Source: Octopus sinensis
Lineage: Eukaryota
Assembly (NCBI RefSeq): GCF_006345805.1
Contig: NC_042997.1
Location: forward strand, 147,622,001-147,686,000
Direction of reading: 5' to 3'
Length of the DNA stretch: 64,000 nt
A program made the translations under genes and the position numbers. Numbering within the stretch: the first letter of the stretch is position 1; each line of letters begins with the position of its first letter. The notes below the pieces were generated by a model. The model was not told the DNA's origin and made no database searches. It saw only the letters and a program-made list of their open reading frames with translations. Below are positions 1-13,039 of this stretch, piece after piece.

Positions 1-169
1 CTTTGGCACGATAATATTCAATGTACATCGACGAATATATGACAAATGACTGGTAAAAAGCATATAAACTGGATAATGTCGGGTTTTCAATATGAGGTTT
101 TCAAAAGATTAGTCCCTCTTTTCTCTATATATCTATTCATTTATACAAGCATATGTGTGTTTACTTGTA

Positions 170-1350
170 TATGTGGAAACCATAAAAATCCTAAAGCTTT
201 CTATAAATTCGGAGAGGAAACAGTCACAATACAATATAAAATAGTAGGGCAATTATTCCAAGAGAATGGCTCACTGACCGCAGACCCACGAAGGATAAGT
301 GAAATACTCTGAACAATTTAAAAGTGTCTTCACTTCCATGCTTGGACACATGCAGATAAAGAATCAGGCTGAATTCTTTAATACTGCAGTTCTAAAAAAG
401 GAGGCGTCAACCATCGATTACATCAACATAGATGTAACAACGACGATAGAAGAAATGAGCTCATGCTCCCCAACTGGTCCTAATGGCTTCCCAGCTATTC
501 TCCTCAAGTCATGTAAGTAGGCTTTAGCGAAACCACTTCAGATACGTTTCCAGAGTTTCCTTGCAAGTAGTAAACTTACTAAATATACTGAAAGAAGGCA
601 TTATATGCCCCATCCACAAAGGTGGAAGCAGAGCAGAGGCCAAAAACTACAGGCCAAATATATCTGACTTCACATATCCGTAAAGTCATGGAGCGAATCG
701 TCAGAAAGAAGTTGATAATGTTCTCAGAAGAAAATGATTTATTGAACAATGCACAGCATGTCTTCTGTCCCGGAAGAAGTAACCTCACACAACTCCTACA
801 GCGCTATAACTGGGTTTTGAAACAACTGCTTGACCATTCAGATGTCAGCGTGATATACCTTGAATTTGCAAAGGTATTTGATAAGGTAGATCATGGCATG
901 ATATGTCATAAGTTACGAGACCCTGGCATTGCTGGTAAACTGAGAGAGTGGCTACACGACTTCCTTAAAGACAGAAATCAGGTAGTCGCAGCCATTGGTG
1001 CCCTTTCTGAGGAAACTCAAATCTTAAGTGGTCTCCCGCAGGGAACTGTTCTGGGACCATTAATCTTTATAACAGCCCTCTTAAACATGCCCACGGTCAT
1101 TGGGCAGTCACTGAGAGTTATGCCGAGAGTTATGCATTGTACTGTACCAAAGGTACCAGGTACTGCAATACTCTAAGGTTCAAAGACCTACAGCTCTTCA
1201 ATGCCACAAAATTTAAGAAATCTGCAGAAGGTGGAAGTAGATGTCTTCATAAAGGAACTAGACTTCCTCCTCTCTACAATATCGGATGAAGCAACTGCCC
1301 CACATGAGGTTTAGATGAGGGCACCGGAATCAAACCCCCTTACACATCAA
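170..1350 (+). mobile_element. Decayed CR1/L2-like (Jockey-group) LINE fragment with RT N-terminal half; large internal deletion removes the YADD region
   Basis: ORF 622-1176 has RT motifs (YLTSHIRKVMERIV, YLEFAKVFDKVDH, SGLPQGTVLGPLIF). After ~1136 it jumps to the C-terminal motif (HCTVPKVP..RYCNTL..KELDFLLSTISDE). Same family as 14336-15150 and 55330-57715. Confidence 0.9.
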
Positions 1351-1879
1351 ATGGGATGACAGCCGGGACGGGGGCACATACATGAGTGGTGATGTAATGC
1401 ACCCCAGACTGAGTATTTGAGTGGGTGATGGTATGCGCGTATATTCACATAATATGGAAATTGGAATTAAAATCCCGAATCACACTTTCGTTCCCCCAGC
1501 TATTGTTTGACTGTAATCCTCACCTGATCAGGAAATATGTCACTGGATAATGGGCTAAATTACGTACACTCTTACTTGTAATATTATTTTTGAATACGCT
1601 GAATGTTATAATCAATGAAAGGGACAATTGAACGCAGAAAAAACATTAAAGTATGATCAATTTACTGCACGTAGATATTTAGAGATGTTTCACTTATTTC
1701 TTGGAAAATGCATGAAATATAAAAATCAGAGTAACGATTCAGTGAGCGTCATCTCTCTATTAAAATACATACATTTTATGCATTCAATAGTCGTTTTCCA
1801 GTTCTTTTGGTTCCATACACAATCCACATTTTCAGACACACTTGTGCACATATACGTCGCATACACACACACGCACGCA

Positions 1880-1985
1880 AGCACTAGTCTCTCTGTCTGT
1901 CTATGTATGTATGTATGTATGTATGTATGTATGTATGTATGTATGTATGTATGTATGTATGTATGTATCTATCTATCTCTCTCTC

Positions 1986-2038
<53 letters not shown>

Positions 2039-2058
2039 CCCCTTCTCTTTCTGTATAT

Positions 2059-2147
<89 letters not shown>

Positions 2148-2150
2148 AGT
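1880..2150. repeat. Compound microsatellite (TATG)n-(TC)n-(TA)n-(CA)n-(TA)n-(TG)n
   Basis: Seen directly. Confidence 0.97.
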
Positions 2151-3579
2151 CCATATGTGAAGTTGATAAGTCAATTACAAACTTTTCGCGAATTAGCAAT
2201 CTCAGCATGTAACCAAATCTTCACAGATGTATGTACATACTACACAGAAGCCGTGACCTACAACGTTAATTCCATTGTAAATCTAAATCCAATGTCTGAA
2301 ATATATGCTCTCCTCGGATCATATTCAAAATAAATTTGTCTGATATAGAAGACATGCCACTGTCCAGAATCTCTCATAGCAGGTTGTAGTTCGTACGCTT
2401 CAGGTCAAATTCCAGTACCCTATTTTAAAAATCGATATCATCAAGGAACTTTATGAAGACTGTTATATTGCTATTGTTGTTGTTGTTTATTCACAATCCA
2501 GTCATAATGGAGCAGGACTGTGACAGAAATCATTCCATCTGTGATCAACTGTTTGTATTTCAATATCAGAGCTTTTATTGTCCAAAGTGTTCATATTTAT
2601 TGGAGATGGTTTATATGATTAAAATGAGAATTGACTACTACCTTTAACAGATTGATTGATTGCATGACGTCGTATTCATGAAATAACTGTTGTTATTATT
2701 TAGCTTCAGGGTCGCCCAGGTGAGATATGCCTATGACTAAAGCGAACTAATGGTGAAGTTTTTTTTTTTATTTTACAAATAGTCGAAGAAGCAAGCCTCA
2801 AGTTAGCGTCCAGTAGCAGAAAATCCATACACCTGTCCAGTATTGCTGCATGATATTTGGTGTCGCATTTCAGTCAACTTCAATACATCTAGAGAGATAA
2901 ATAATCTTGAAGAATATTTTCAATAGAAATGTGCAGCCCTTTACACGGCATACTCGACAAGAAACTATTGAAATAAACTCATTACCCTAACTATATGAAA
3001 TAATTTTAGTATTACTTCAAAATCATTCTTAGAGGCCATGCAAAAGACAATGGCTACTGTTTTACTCCTTTGGCTAAACTATATAAAATTGAAATGAAAA
3101 TCTTTTATTATTACCAACACTGCTTATCAACTTGTTTGTGTTATGCCACTTAACACTTATTAGGTAATCCCACTTAACGATAAACATAGAAAGAAGTATA
3201 TTTTATCAGGCTCGATAAATACCCATGAATGAATTGCATCGTTTGCAGAGGTATCAAATACTTAAAATAAAAGAATCAGAATGCCTCACTAAATATATTA
3301 CAGTACATTGCAAAGTGACCGAAAATATGTTGATTCAATCGTGTACAATCATGACAAAACTGGTTTTTCATTGCAAGGAAACAAATATATAACTGAAAAA
3401 AAAAGGGAAATTATTGTAGTACAATGCGTTTAGCTTTTGTTGATGCTTAACTCCAGATAAGGTCTGATTGAGAAAGCTTCGAAGGAAAGCATTTTTTTAA
3501 TAACCATTTCGTCATAACTCTGATATACATACAAACAGACATATACATAAATGCATAGTAATATACGTGCTATTTCTCA

Positions 3580-3897
3580 CACACAGACACGGACATGTAT
3601 GTGTGCGTGTGTGTGTCTATTGAAAGAAAGACAGAGAGAGAGAGAGAGAGAGGGGAGAGAGAGAAAGAGAGAGAGAGAGAGGGAGAGAAAGACAGAGAGA
3701 GAGACATGTAGTAGTTAATGTGTTATATGTCCATTACTCAGAGTTTCATTGGGACGAAGCCACTTGTCTAATCGTACAGAGACCCGCTGTCTCTCTCGTT
3801 TTGGGAGTTTGTTGTTTATTTGTGTGTGTGTGTGTGTATGTGCATGCGCGCGCGCGTGCGCGTCCGTAGATATATATATATATATATATACATACAA

Positions 3898-3933
<36 letters not shown>

Positions 3934-3960
3934 TGTATATCTATATATAAATTTATATAT
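3580..3960. repeat. Microsatellite cluster (GA)n, (TG)n, (GC)n, (TA)n
   Basis: Seen directly. Confidence 0.95.
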
Positions 3961-4574
3961 TTTAACGTAAGCAAAGATAAAATATATTTATTAAAAGTAT
4001 GGTTGCAGCTTTGGTTCCAATTTCATGTTTGTGCGTGTGTCTGTGTATGTATGTATGTATGTATCTATGTATGCGCATACGCACCCAAACACACGCAAAC
4101 ACACGCACACACGCACACACACACACACATATAAACACAGTCGGGCAAAGCGTGAGAGACGTGCGCAAGAGAAAGACATGAGAGTTAGAATCTGTTGCTA
4201 AATGAGGAAGGTGGGAACGGCAACATCTAGGATTGGTTTATATATAATGAAATCTAAAAACGAAAAAAAACAAAGAAAAGAAAAAAAAACGAAAAACTAT
4301 CTGGAAATGTTTAGGTTACACAACGATTCTTCTTTTTTTGAAACTTATCTTTATTCAAAGAATACATCATCTTTCTCACAACGAAAAAGAAATAAGCTTC
4401 TGCGAAAATTAATTCCAATGCTGATATGTACATTTTATATGATAACTCATCCATCAATTATGACAACTATAAATAAATCCTAAGTTTTCTATTTCACACA
4501 TTACAACTTTCTCTCAGTTTCGATTTCTCTCCGTTAAATTCACTGCTATTCTCGAAAGACGTCCAATTTGTTTA

Positions 4575-4745
4575 TACGTATGTATGTATGTATGTATGTA
4601 TGTATGTATGTATGTATGTATGTATGTATGTATGTATGTATGTATGTATATGTGTGTGTGTACATATGTATGTATGTATATATACATAAATACAAATATA
4701 TGTGTATTTATATACATATATATATATATATGTATATATATGTAT

Positions 4746-4798
<53 letters not shown>

Positions 4799-4816
4799 CA
4801 TATCTATATCTATCTA

Positions 4817-4862
<46 letters not shown>

Positions 4863-4944
4863 TAGATAGATATAGATATGTATATACATATATATATGTA
4901 TACGTACAGTCACATACACACGCACACACACACACCTACACACA

Positions 4945-5020
<76 letters not shown>

Positions 5021-5030
5021 TTTATATATA
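4575..5030. repeat. Compound microsatellite (TATG)n/(TA)n/(CA)n
   Basis: Seen directly. Confidence 0.97.
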
Positions 5031-5189
5031 TGCACAGTCACACACATTCCTACTCACAGAAAGTCTCGCGGAGGCAATTATACGCAGAGTGAAAACCACG
5101 CTCTCACGGAGACATACGCACCACAGAAACATATGCATACATGCATACATGTATACATAAAAATGTAGTTTTCTGGTCTCTCGTTTCTT

Positions 5190-5470
5190 TCGTTAGCATA
5201 ATCATAATCGTCAACGTCGACGTTGTTTTGTTTAGTCGTCGTCTTAGCCTCCGTTGTCGTTATCCTCATCATCTCCATCATTACCATCTCCTTTTAATTT
5301 TTATTATTCTCTATATCATTTATGTTAAATCATCATCATCCCCATCCGCATCCTCGTCATTTTCCATGTCATCGCTGTTATCTTCAATGTTCACGACAAT
5401 GACGGCGGTGACAACGACGCCCACCTACCTTCCCTCTTCCCTCTCCTTATCATCATCATCATCATGATCA
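5190..5470. repeat. Decayed (ATC/GTC)n trinucleotide tract
   Basis: Low-complexity ATC/GTC/CTC sequence. Confidence 0.75.
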
Positions 5471-5754
5471 CTTTTTTTTCTATTCTTAATATCGTTTGCA
5501 AAATTTTGTATTTCCTGCTGTTAGTAGCGATCTCTGATATCTGAAGTTCAGTGCCACACGGATCTGTTTACTTGTCCTTTGCCTGCTCTTCTGACAATCA
5601 CTCGTGACAAATGACGTGCCAGTTAAATACAGGTATTCCTGTATTTATATATCTACTTTAAATCTGACCAGCAACTTTCTGAATAGCAAGGCCCCCAACT
5701 TTTCGCGGTTTCCAAAGTAGCACTTTCGTTACCTGGTCATGTCGCCACAACTTC

Positions 5755-5884
5755 TAGTGGCAGAACTGGACAGCTTAGTCCAGTCTGTCCGGATTTTCTC
5801 CACTGGTATAAGATGGAATTTTGGCTCTCAAAATATGCTACGATGCTGATGAGACGAGGAAAACTTGTCAGGACAGAAGGCATA
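5755..5884 (+). mobile_element. Short R4/Dong-clade RT fragment, inverted relative to its neighbour
   Basis: Translates ELDSLVQSVRIFSTGI..SKYATMLMRRGKLVRTEGI, matching the R4-clade RT segment LDSLVQTVRIFS.DIGMEFG..KCA.L..KRGKV. Confidence 0.75.
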
Positions 5885-6875
5885 TGTTTGCATTTCTCAT
5901 TTCCGGTGACTTCTTTTGGGGTTTGTTCATACCACGTATTTGCTCTTTGTAGGCCGTGATTTCCACAGAGCTGCTAATGGATCATTCTTGCCACGTTGTA
6001 ATAGCATCTTTTGTATTTGCCTTGTGCCAATTTCATGAATCCGCGAACGATATGCCTTACGGTTTCACCCCTCTCCTCACACATTCTGCATTTGCCACTA
6101 TTGGTAGTGTTGTCAATTCTGCATTTCATATAATTGGTCCATAACGCTTGTCCTTGAGCTGCGCATATGAGTGCTTCTGTCTCTATCTTTAGGTCACTCC
6201 TGATCCGTAGTCACCGGTCCTCTGTATCTGTCTTGGCGCTCAAATCTCTTGCAAACTGACCGTACATTTTTTTCCTGCCATGCATTTTTTTTGTTCATTT
6301 CTTGTTTAAATTTTTCTTTATCTATACAATTTTCAGTTTTGATATCGCCAGCCTTCTTCGTGTGTTTCAACAGTGGCTCTACGGCATGTTTTATATACCA
6401 CCCTAGCCTGTTTTCCTCTGCTTCGATACAGTCATGGCAACTGATCAAACCTCTCCCACACTTTCTTCTGGACAAGTTCAGCGTATTGGTTTCACTCTTA
6501 TGGTGGTAGGCTCCGTCAACATTTTTCTGGTCTTAGTATCCATTTTTCACTTCATTTCTCCCTTTTGCCATTTTACAATGCCCGCTCCATACCGAAGTGA
6601 TGCTAACGCCCACGTATTAACTGCTTGGATTTTATTCCATCAGTCAATTTTGAGTGCAGCACCAACCTCAGACTTCGGAAATACTCTATCCTCAGTTACA
6701 CTTTCATTTCCTTTTCCCATTATCTCCTTGCACTCTAGTACACCAAGGTATATCTGTCCTTCCGTTTCAATTTGTTTAATGAAGTTTCTCTTCGGTAAAT
6801 CTATCCCTGCTAGTGCCTGTACCTTGCCTTTTTTAGGTAGATTACTCCGCACTTCTTGAATCCAAATTCTATACT
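5885..6875 (-). mobile_element. R4/Dong-clade non-LTR retrotransposon fragment (RT thumb to CCHC knuckle)
   Basis: Frameshifted translation: KKCGVIYLKKGKV..YLGVLE..NKIQAVNTWA..RRKCGRGLISCHDC..DLKIETEALICAAQ.Q..CRMCEERGETVRHI..WYEQ. Confidence 0.9.
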
Positions 6876-6886
6876 AATATCAGTGC

Positions 6887-6903
6887 TATTATTATTATTA
6901 TTA

Positions 6904-6946
<43 letters not shown>
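6887..6946. repeat. (TTA)n tract, i.e. (TAA)n tail/target of the upstream Dong-like copy on the minus strand
   Basis: Directly abuts the 3' UTR of the 6947-9800 element. Confidence 0.9.
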
Positions 6947-6947
<1 letters not shown>

Positions 6948-9800
6948 CTTCGTAACACAGTGTTGCTAAAAATGCACCGGAGTCTTTAGTTATCTGTCAA
7001 GTCACAATAAGGACCTCAAACAAATAATACTTTCCTTAAGATGTGTGATGTGCCCAATAAGGCTGCTTTTTGCAAGACATTAATCTTGCGTGAGATTTCC
7101 AGTTGCCTTAAGAAGTTTTAAAGTTTCAGTGGGATTGAGCTCAACGCTCCGATCACCACAGGTATCACGTTTACATTACCCTCTCACATTCCACACAGTC
7201 TTGCCATATCTACTTTCAATTCGGAGTACTTGGTGACTTTTTTCAACCTCTTTACTCACAAGATTCATGTCATTTGGTGTGGCTACATCAATGATCTGGT
7301 AGTATTCGTCTCTTTTATTCAATATGACAATACCCGGCCGACGATGTTCGATTACACGATCCGTCTGAAAATCATAGTCCCAGAGTTTCGTTAATTTCCA
7401 TCCTCCTGAATAACTTTAATTGATACATGCTCATACCAGTTCTCTGTAACGGAGAACGGAGAAAACGAGTCACCTTGAAAGATTCCCCTTTTAATACCAA
7501 CTTCTCCAAGGAATACATTACTTCAGTACAATTTGGTTTTCCACTCTTTCATGCTGTGCATCAGAAAATTTGTGATGTTGTCAGCAACACCAAACATCTG
7601 CAGGCATTCAACGATCCAAGAATGAAGCATCATATCATATGCCTTCTTAAAGTCAATTCAAGCCATAGACATGTTTGCATGATGTTTTTTACAATGCCTC
7701 AAAACTGTTTTATCGATGACCTGGTGATCCTTGATACCCTGAGAACTCTTCCTACATCCTTTTTGTTCCGTTGGTAGTATTTCTTCCTATGCCAGAAAAG
7801 TATATGTCTTTGCACACATATTCCAATGAGTATCTTCCAGATTACATGTAGGTATGCTATGATACGCTTGTTTCCCACAATATTCGCATTTCTTCTATCT
7901 TCCATTACAAGTGTTGTCCTCCCAGTCACCATCCACGTGGGGACTGTACCTTTATGGACACACTCATTCAATTGGGCTGCAAATCTTTTATGAATCGTAA
8001 CGGCTTTTCAGTTAGGCACTTTACCCACTAGTTCTTTCACTTGTTCTTTCACGTTTACCCACTTGTTCTTTCAAGTTAATCGTGCTTATGACAATAGTCC
8101 TTAGTTTCTTTCCTTCTTGTAAGTCTGTCTTGATAGTTCCTATCCACATTGCATCTCTTTTATGCACCACATTGTTTCCCCATAATCCACTCCAGAGCTC
8201 CTTGGCTTGATTTGCATCAGAAGCGAAATTTTCTCCATTATTTCCTTCTAACATTCGGAAGAATTGCTTCGGGGTATTTTGGAACAATCTGTTCTCCTTG
8301 AACTACTTATTTCTGCTCAGAAATCTTCTAATCTTCTGGCTTTTTGCCATGATTCTCTGTTTTAACTGCTCTATTAGTGCATCAAACCCGTTCTTCCGTA
8401 TTTTATATTTCTTCTCTAATTTTTCTCGGTCGGTCTTTTTCCCATTTTTCTAGTTTCCTCTTAACCATTGCTCAATATTTCCTAGATCTTGCCTTTCCAG
8501 CTTTATGCCCCTTTCAATGCGTCGTTTCCACCATCGCTCTTTTGCTCCACCAGTTTTTGTTCTCGCAAGTTGCAATTTCTCCTCAAAAGGTAGCGCAATA
8601 GCTCGGAGAAAAATTCCTTGTTTGTGTCATGTCTTCCATCTGGATGTATGTTATGACAGTATTTATCTTTTGCGTTACATTATTTATCATATTCCTAACT
8701 ACCCTTCTCATATTCATGGGGATTTTTTTCTTTTGGAGCATTCATTGAGTCGGTGAATCGTCTTTGAATTTCAAGCAATTCATTATCTAGCTGGCTCATT
8801 TCTCCTGCATGTCAAACCACCACAGTATCAGGGTTCACTGTATAACGTTCCTATTCCTCGCCCTTAATAGCCCCATCCTCATTCCCCTGTTCCTCCTGTC
8901 TACTCTTCTCCCTGTTTTCAACTCCGACCATCCTTTGTAGCCCATCCGCAGGGTCTCTCAGCCTCTCTCTCTCTTTACTCTTTTACTCTTTTACTCTTTT
9001 ACTTGTTTCAGTCATTTGACTGCGGCCATGATGGAGCACCGCCTTTAGTCGAGAAAATCGACCCCGGGACTTATTCTTTGTAAGCCCAGTACTTATTCTA
9101 TCGGTCTCTTTTGCCGAACCGCTAAGTGACGGGGACGTAAACACACCAGCATCGGTTGTCAAGCAATGCTAGGGGGACAAACACAAACACACACATACAT
9201 ATATATATATACATATATACGACAAGCTTCTTTCAGTTTCCGTCTACCAAATCCACTCACAAGGCATTGGTCGGCCCGGGGCTATAGCAGAAGACACTTG
9301 CTCAAGATGCCACGCAGTGGGACTGAACCCAGAACCATGTAGTTGGTTAGCAAGCTACTTACCACACAGCCACTCCTGCGCCTCAGGCTCTCACTAATCC
9401 GAGATATTCTACCCCAGTTAAGTAACACTTCGTCCTAATCACTCTGACATGGTCCATTAGTTTATTTTCTGTCATTGGACACGTTCTTTTCTATCCAAGA
9501 ATTTCAAGTTACGTCAGTCTACTCCACGACTTCTCTCCAGCTTTCCTCTTTCATGCCATTCAATAAGTGTATCGTACACTTCCTTCGTCCATTTATATCT
9601 GTTTTTGCGCACACCGTATATGTGATCTGTTGTGACATAGCAACCGTTCGAGACCAGATCACTGCCCTTGATGCGAGCGGGTTCGGGCGTGTCGGGCGGT
9701 AAACCTTCACCATGATCAGCTATAGCTTCATTCTTGCCGTTAACTCTTTCCTTGTTGTGTTGCATTATGACTTCATGAGTCGTTCGTGGGGTTTCCACGT
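6947..9800 (-). mobile_element. R4/Dong-clade non-LTR retrotransposon (N-terminal domain, partial RT, REL endonuclease), internally deleted and SINE-interrupted
   Basis: N-terminal RYKWTKE motif; FQNTPKQFFRML..ELWSGLW; NECVHKGTVPTWMVTGRTTL; DFKKAYD; FQGDSFSP then a jump to WYEH; REL motifs LWDYDFQTDRVIEHRRP..IIDVATP..IPVVIGAL..LQKAALLGT.HILRKVL; ends in (TAA)n. Confidence 0.92.
8968..9383 (-). mobile_element. tRNA-derived CORE-type SINE (Octopus OK/OR-like), near full length, inserted in the Dong element
   Basis: Pol III head with A/B-box-like motifs, CORE-like CTTGAGCAAGTG, (GTAAAAGA)n tail; candidate 11-bp TSD ctcagcctctc 8957-8967 / ctcaggctctc 9382-9392. Confidence 0.9.
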
Positions 9801-10705
9801 GAGTTGTTATTGAGATCCCATCTCTCTCTTCCTCTCTTTATTTGTATATATACGTGCACATGTATGTACATACACACACATATATATATAAATAACGTGC
9901 TTGCATTGTGTCGCCTCCATAACCACAGTGATTATCATTACCACCATTGTTCTACCAATTGCCTTTAAAATTATCAATAATAATATGGGTCCCAGTATAT
10001 TGCAGCAGATCTTCATCACTATCAAATACTCGGCAAGCGTTTTCCTTTCACTCCTATAGACTCTGTACTAATGAGTCCTCTGCCAACATACTTTCTTTTC
10101 ATATTCAGTCTGTTTACGTTTACATTTAACACTTAATACTGTCTTTTGCACTCCCTGCATGAATGGTAATCCAGGCGTCATTCTCACCTAATTTTTAGTT
10201 CCTTTACTGGCCATTTCAAGTATTCCCACAATCACTGGTTTTGTAACCGTCTTCAGAGTAGGAGAAAGAGAAGCAGCTTAGTGAATAGACCAAATTCTAT
10301 AGGTCTGTAAATACATTCGGTAGATGGAATGGAGACCAGCAGTGGACATTCCTCTGCGATATGGAGACAATAGAGGCCTCACACCCTTGTGGCCAGCAGA
10401 CGTCAAACGTGTTTACTACTACTAGCGATCAATGAGAGTGCTGATCTTGGTCTTGAAAAGAACCAGTTGACCTTGTTCTATTTTTAATTTCTAATAGAAA
10501 TATATATATATATATATACTGATGTTCATGTCATTGAATTTTTAAATTTCTGATTTTTAAAAACTTTTTCCTCTTCTTGGTATAAGTTTTTTCTGTGATA
10601 TACAGTTTTTGTAATTGTGCAGTTTGTATTTATTAGCAGGTGCTTATCACCTTAGTTTAAAAAAATTTTATTTATTGATTTTATCTTGCATTTTATTGCG
10701 TTGTT

Positions 10706-11500
10706 GCAATAAAAACTATGTTTACATATTCGGGCAGTCAGGGAGAAAAGAAAGATGAAAGTTTCACACAAAATTGTAGATACTAAACTTTAAAAAAATT
10801 TCTGGAGATGTTCGTTTGTATGTCCGATCAAAAAGACTAGTGTTTTTGCAATAAAAAGGATGTTTACATTTTTGAATACTCAGGGAGAAAGGAAAAGAAA
10901 GAAAAAGGAAGTTTAAATTTTCAGAGAAAATTCTAGATATTCTTTCTTTTCTTTTATTCTTTTATTTGTTTCAGTCATTTGACTGCAGCCATGCTGGAGC
11001 ACAACCGTTTTAGTCGAGCAAATCGACCTCAAGATTTATTCGTTATAAGCCTAGTACTTCGGTCTCTTTTGCCGAACCGCTACGTTACGGGGACGTAAAC
11101 ACACCAGCATCGGTTGTCAAGCGATGTTAGGGGACAAATACAGACATACAAACACACACACACATGCATATACATATATTCAACGGGCTTCTTTCAGTTT
11201 CCGTCTATCATCCACTCACAACGTTTTGGGCTGCCCGAGGCTATAATAGAAGACACTTGCTCATGGTGTCACGTAGTGTAACTGAACCCGTAACCATATG
11301 GTTGGTAAGGAAGATACTTACAACACAGCCACTCCTGCACCTATTAAATTTTTAAAATTCACTAAAGATGATCTTTTGTATGTCTAAACAGAGAAAACTG
11401 TAGTCTTCTTAAAATAAAAAGGGTGTTTACATTTTTGAATACTCAGGGAGAAAGGAAAGGATAGGTATTCACAGAAGTTGTAGACAGTAAAATTTTTAAA
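10706..11500. repeat. Degenerate tandem repeat, ~142 bp unit x3, interrupted by a SINE
   Basis: Unit starts at 10706, 10848 and 11411; 35-bp identical block at 10861-10895 and 11424-11458. Confidence 0.8.
10955..11344 (-). mobile_element. OK/OR-like CORE SINE
   Basis: Colinear with 8968-9383 and 52310-52697. Confidence 0.9.
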
Positions 11501-11924
11501 GCTGATTGTTTAAGTATTATTATTAATGTCATCATCATCATCATCATCATCATCATTATTATTATTATTATTACTTTATTTATCAGAGTCCTTTGGTCAC
11601 ACATTGTTTGACCTTTTCAGCGACTCTTTGCTTTCTGTCCCACGTGTCTCCTCTTGGCTTGTCTCATTTTCTTTCTACTTACCGAAGTTCGTATTGATAT
11701 TATATTTAATTAAAAGAACACGAGAAAGGTTAATCGGAAATCATTATGCAATGGAAAACGAAGAACGTAACATGACTTATATAATTTTCATTTTTTTCTG
11801 AAGGTACAGCAGAAAACACTGGATATATTTTAGATTAGTTATAATTTGACTCACAACGCGTATTATTCACTGTATTTGCCGAACTAGTTATAAAAAAAAT
11901 TATTAAACAACATGCTTTAGAAAT

Positions 11925-12680
11925 GGTCATCAGGGACATTGACGGAACATGCGGCGAGAATATCAATGACGAGCAACTTAAACACCTCCGATTTCCAGAA
12001 GACATTGCATTCATCGCTGAAAACATAGACTAGCTATAGATTATGCTGACAGAGCTGGACACTGAGAGCTTAACAATAGGTCTTAATATGCGGCGGATGG
12101 AAACAAAACATATGCAGTCGGAAGACGTATCACAAGGCGGAATAGATGTGGGGACGGATGAAACAGAGGAGGTAAAGGAATACGTCTTCTATCTGAAAGA
12201 GAATAAAAGCAAAGTCGAAGGCATTTACTTCAATAAATGATGTGCTTAAAATAAATATAGAAAATACCGTACCATAGAGACCCTTCAATTGCACCGTCCT
12301 ACCTGTGTTTTTATACACAAAGAGACGTGGGTTACTACGATGAAGATAGAACATCGATTGGCTACGACGCAAAGAGCCACAGGGAGATCCATGTTAGGAA
12401 TATCCTCATGAGAGCATATTCAAAATGTGATAATTCGAAACGGAGCGGAGTGAATGATGTGATCACAGGAAACCGAAACCACAATTTCCACTGATCCACA
12501 CATGTCCCATGATTCGCATCCAACAGGGGAACCAAAGCAGTTGCCGAGTGGTATCCAAGAGACAGCAAAAAGATCAATTGGAACGCCTCTACTACTACGA
12601 TTTGGGTCAAGATGGAAAAGAATGAGGCAGCCAAGTGGTGTACAATGATTGTTTGGTCGATACTGTGATACTGTGATTAA
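11925..12680 (+). mobile_element. Decayed RTE-clade LINE (RT C-terminal half and 3' end)
   Basis: INDEQLKHLRFPEDIAF..MLTELDTESLTIGLNM; AQRATGRSMLGI..; AEWYPRDSKRSIG. Confidence 0.85.
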
Positions 12681-13039
12681 AGAACATTGTACTGATTGGA
12701 ATAGAAAATTCAAAATGTTTAATGAATAAATACCTTGTTTATGCTTGATATAACATTAACGTCTTCATTCAAGACGAGCAAAAGGCCACCAATGGACGGT
12801 GCTGAGTTGTCAAACATTTAAACCAAATTTTCTCAAAACAACTTGTCCGACCGTCCCATAGGCCTCCCCTTTGAGAAACACTGATTTAACCTAAGTTTGA
12901 GACACCAGCAAAAGAAGAAATACAGATAAACCTTTTCTATTCCAAAGAAAAACAATTTTATTCACACAAATATGCAACCAAAGAGTTTAAAGAACTTGTA
13001 TGTACATGGCAGCATCTTACATACTTGTGTGTACAAATG

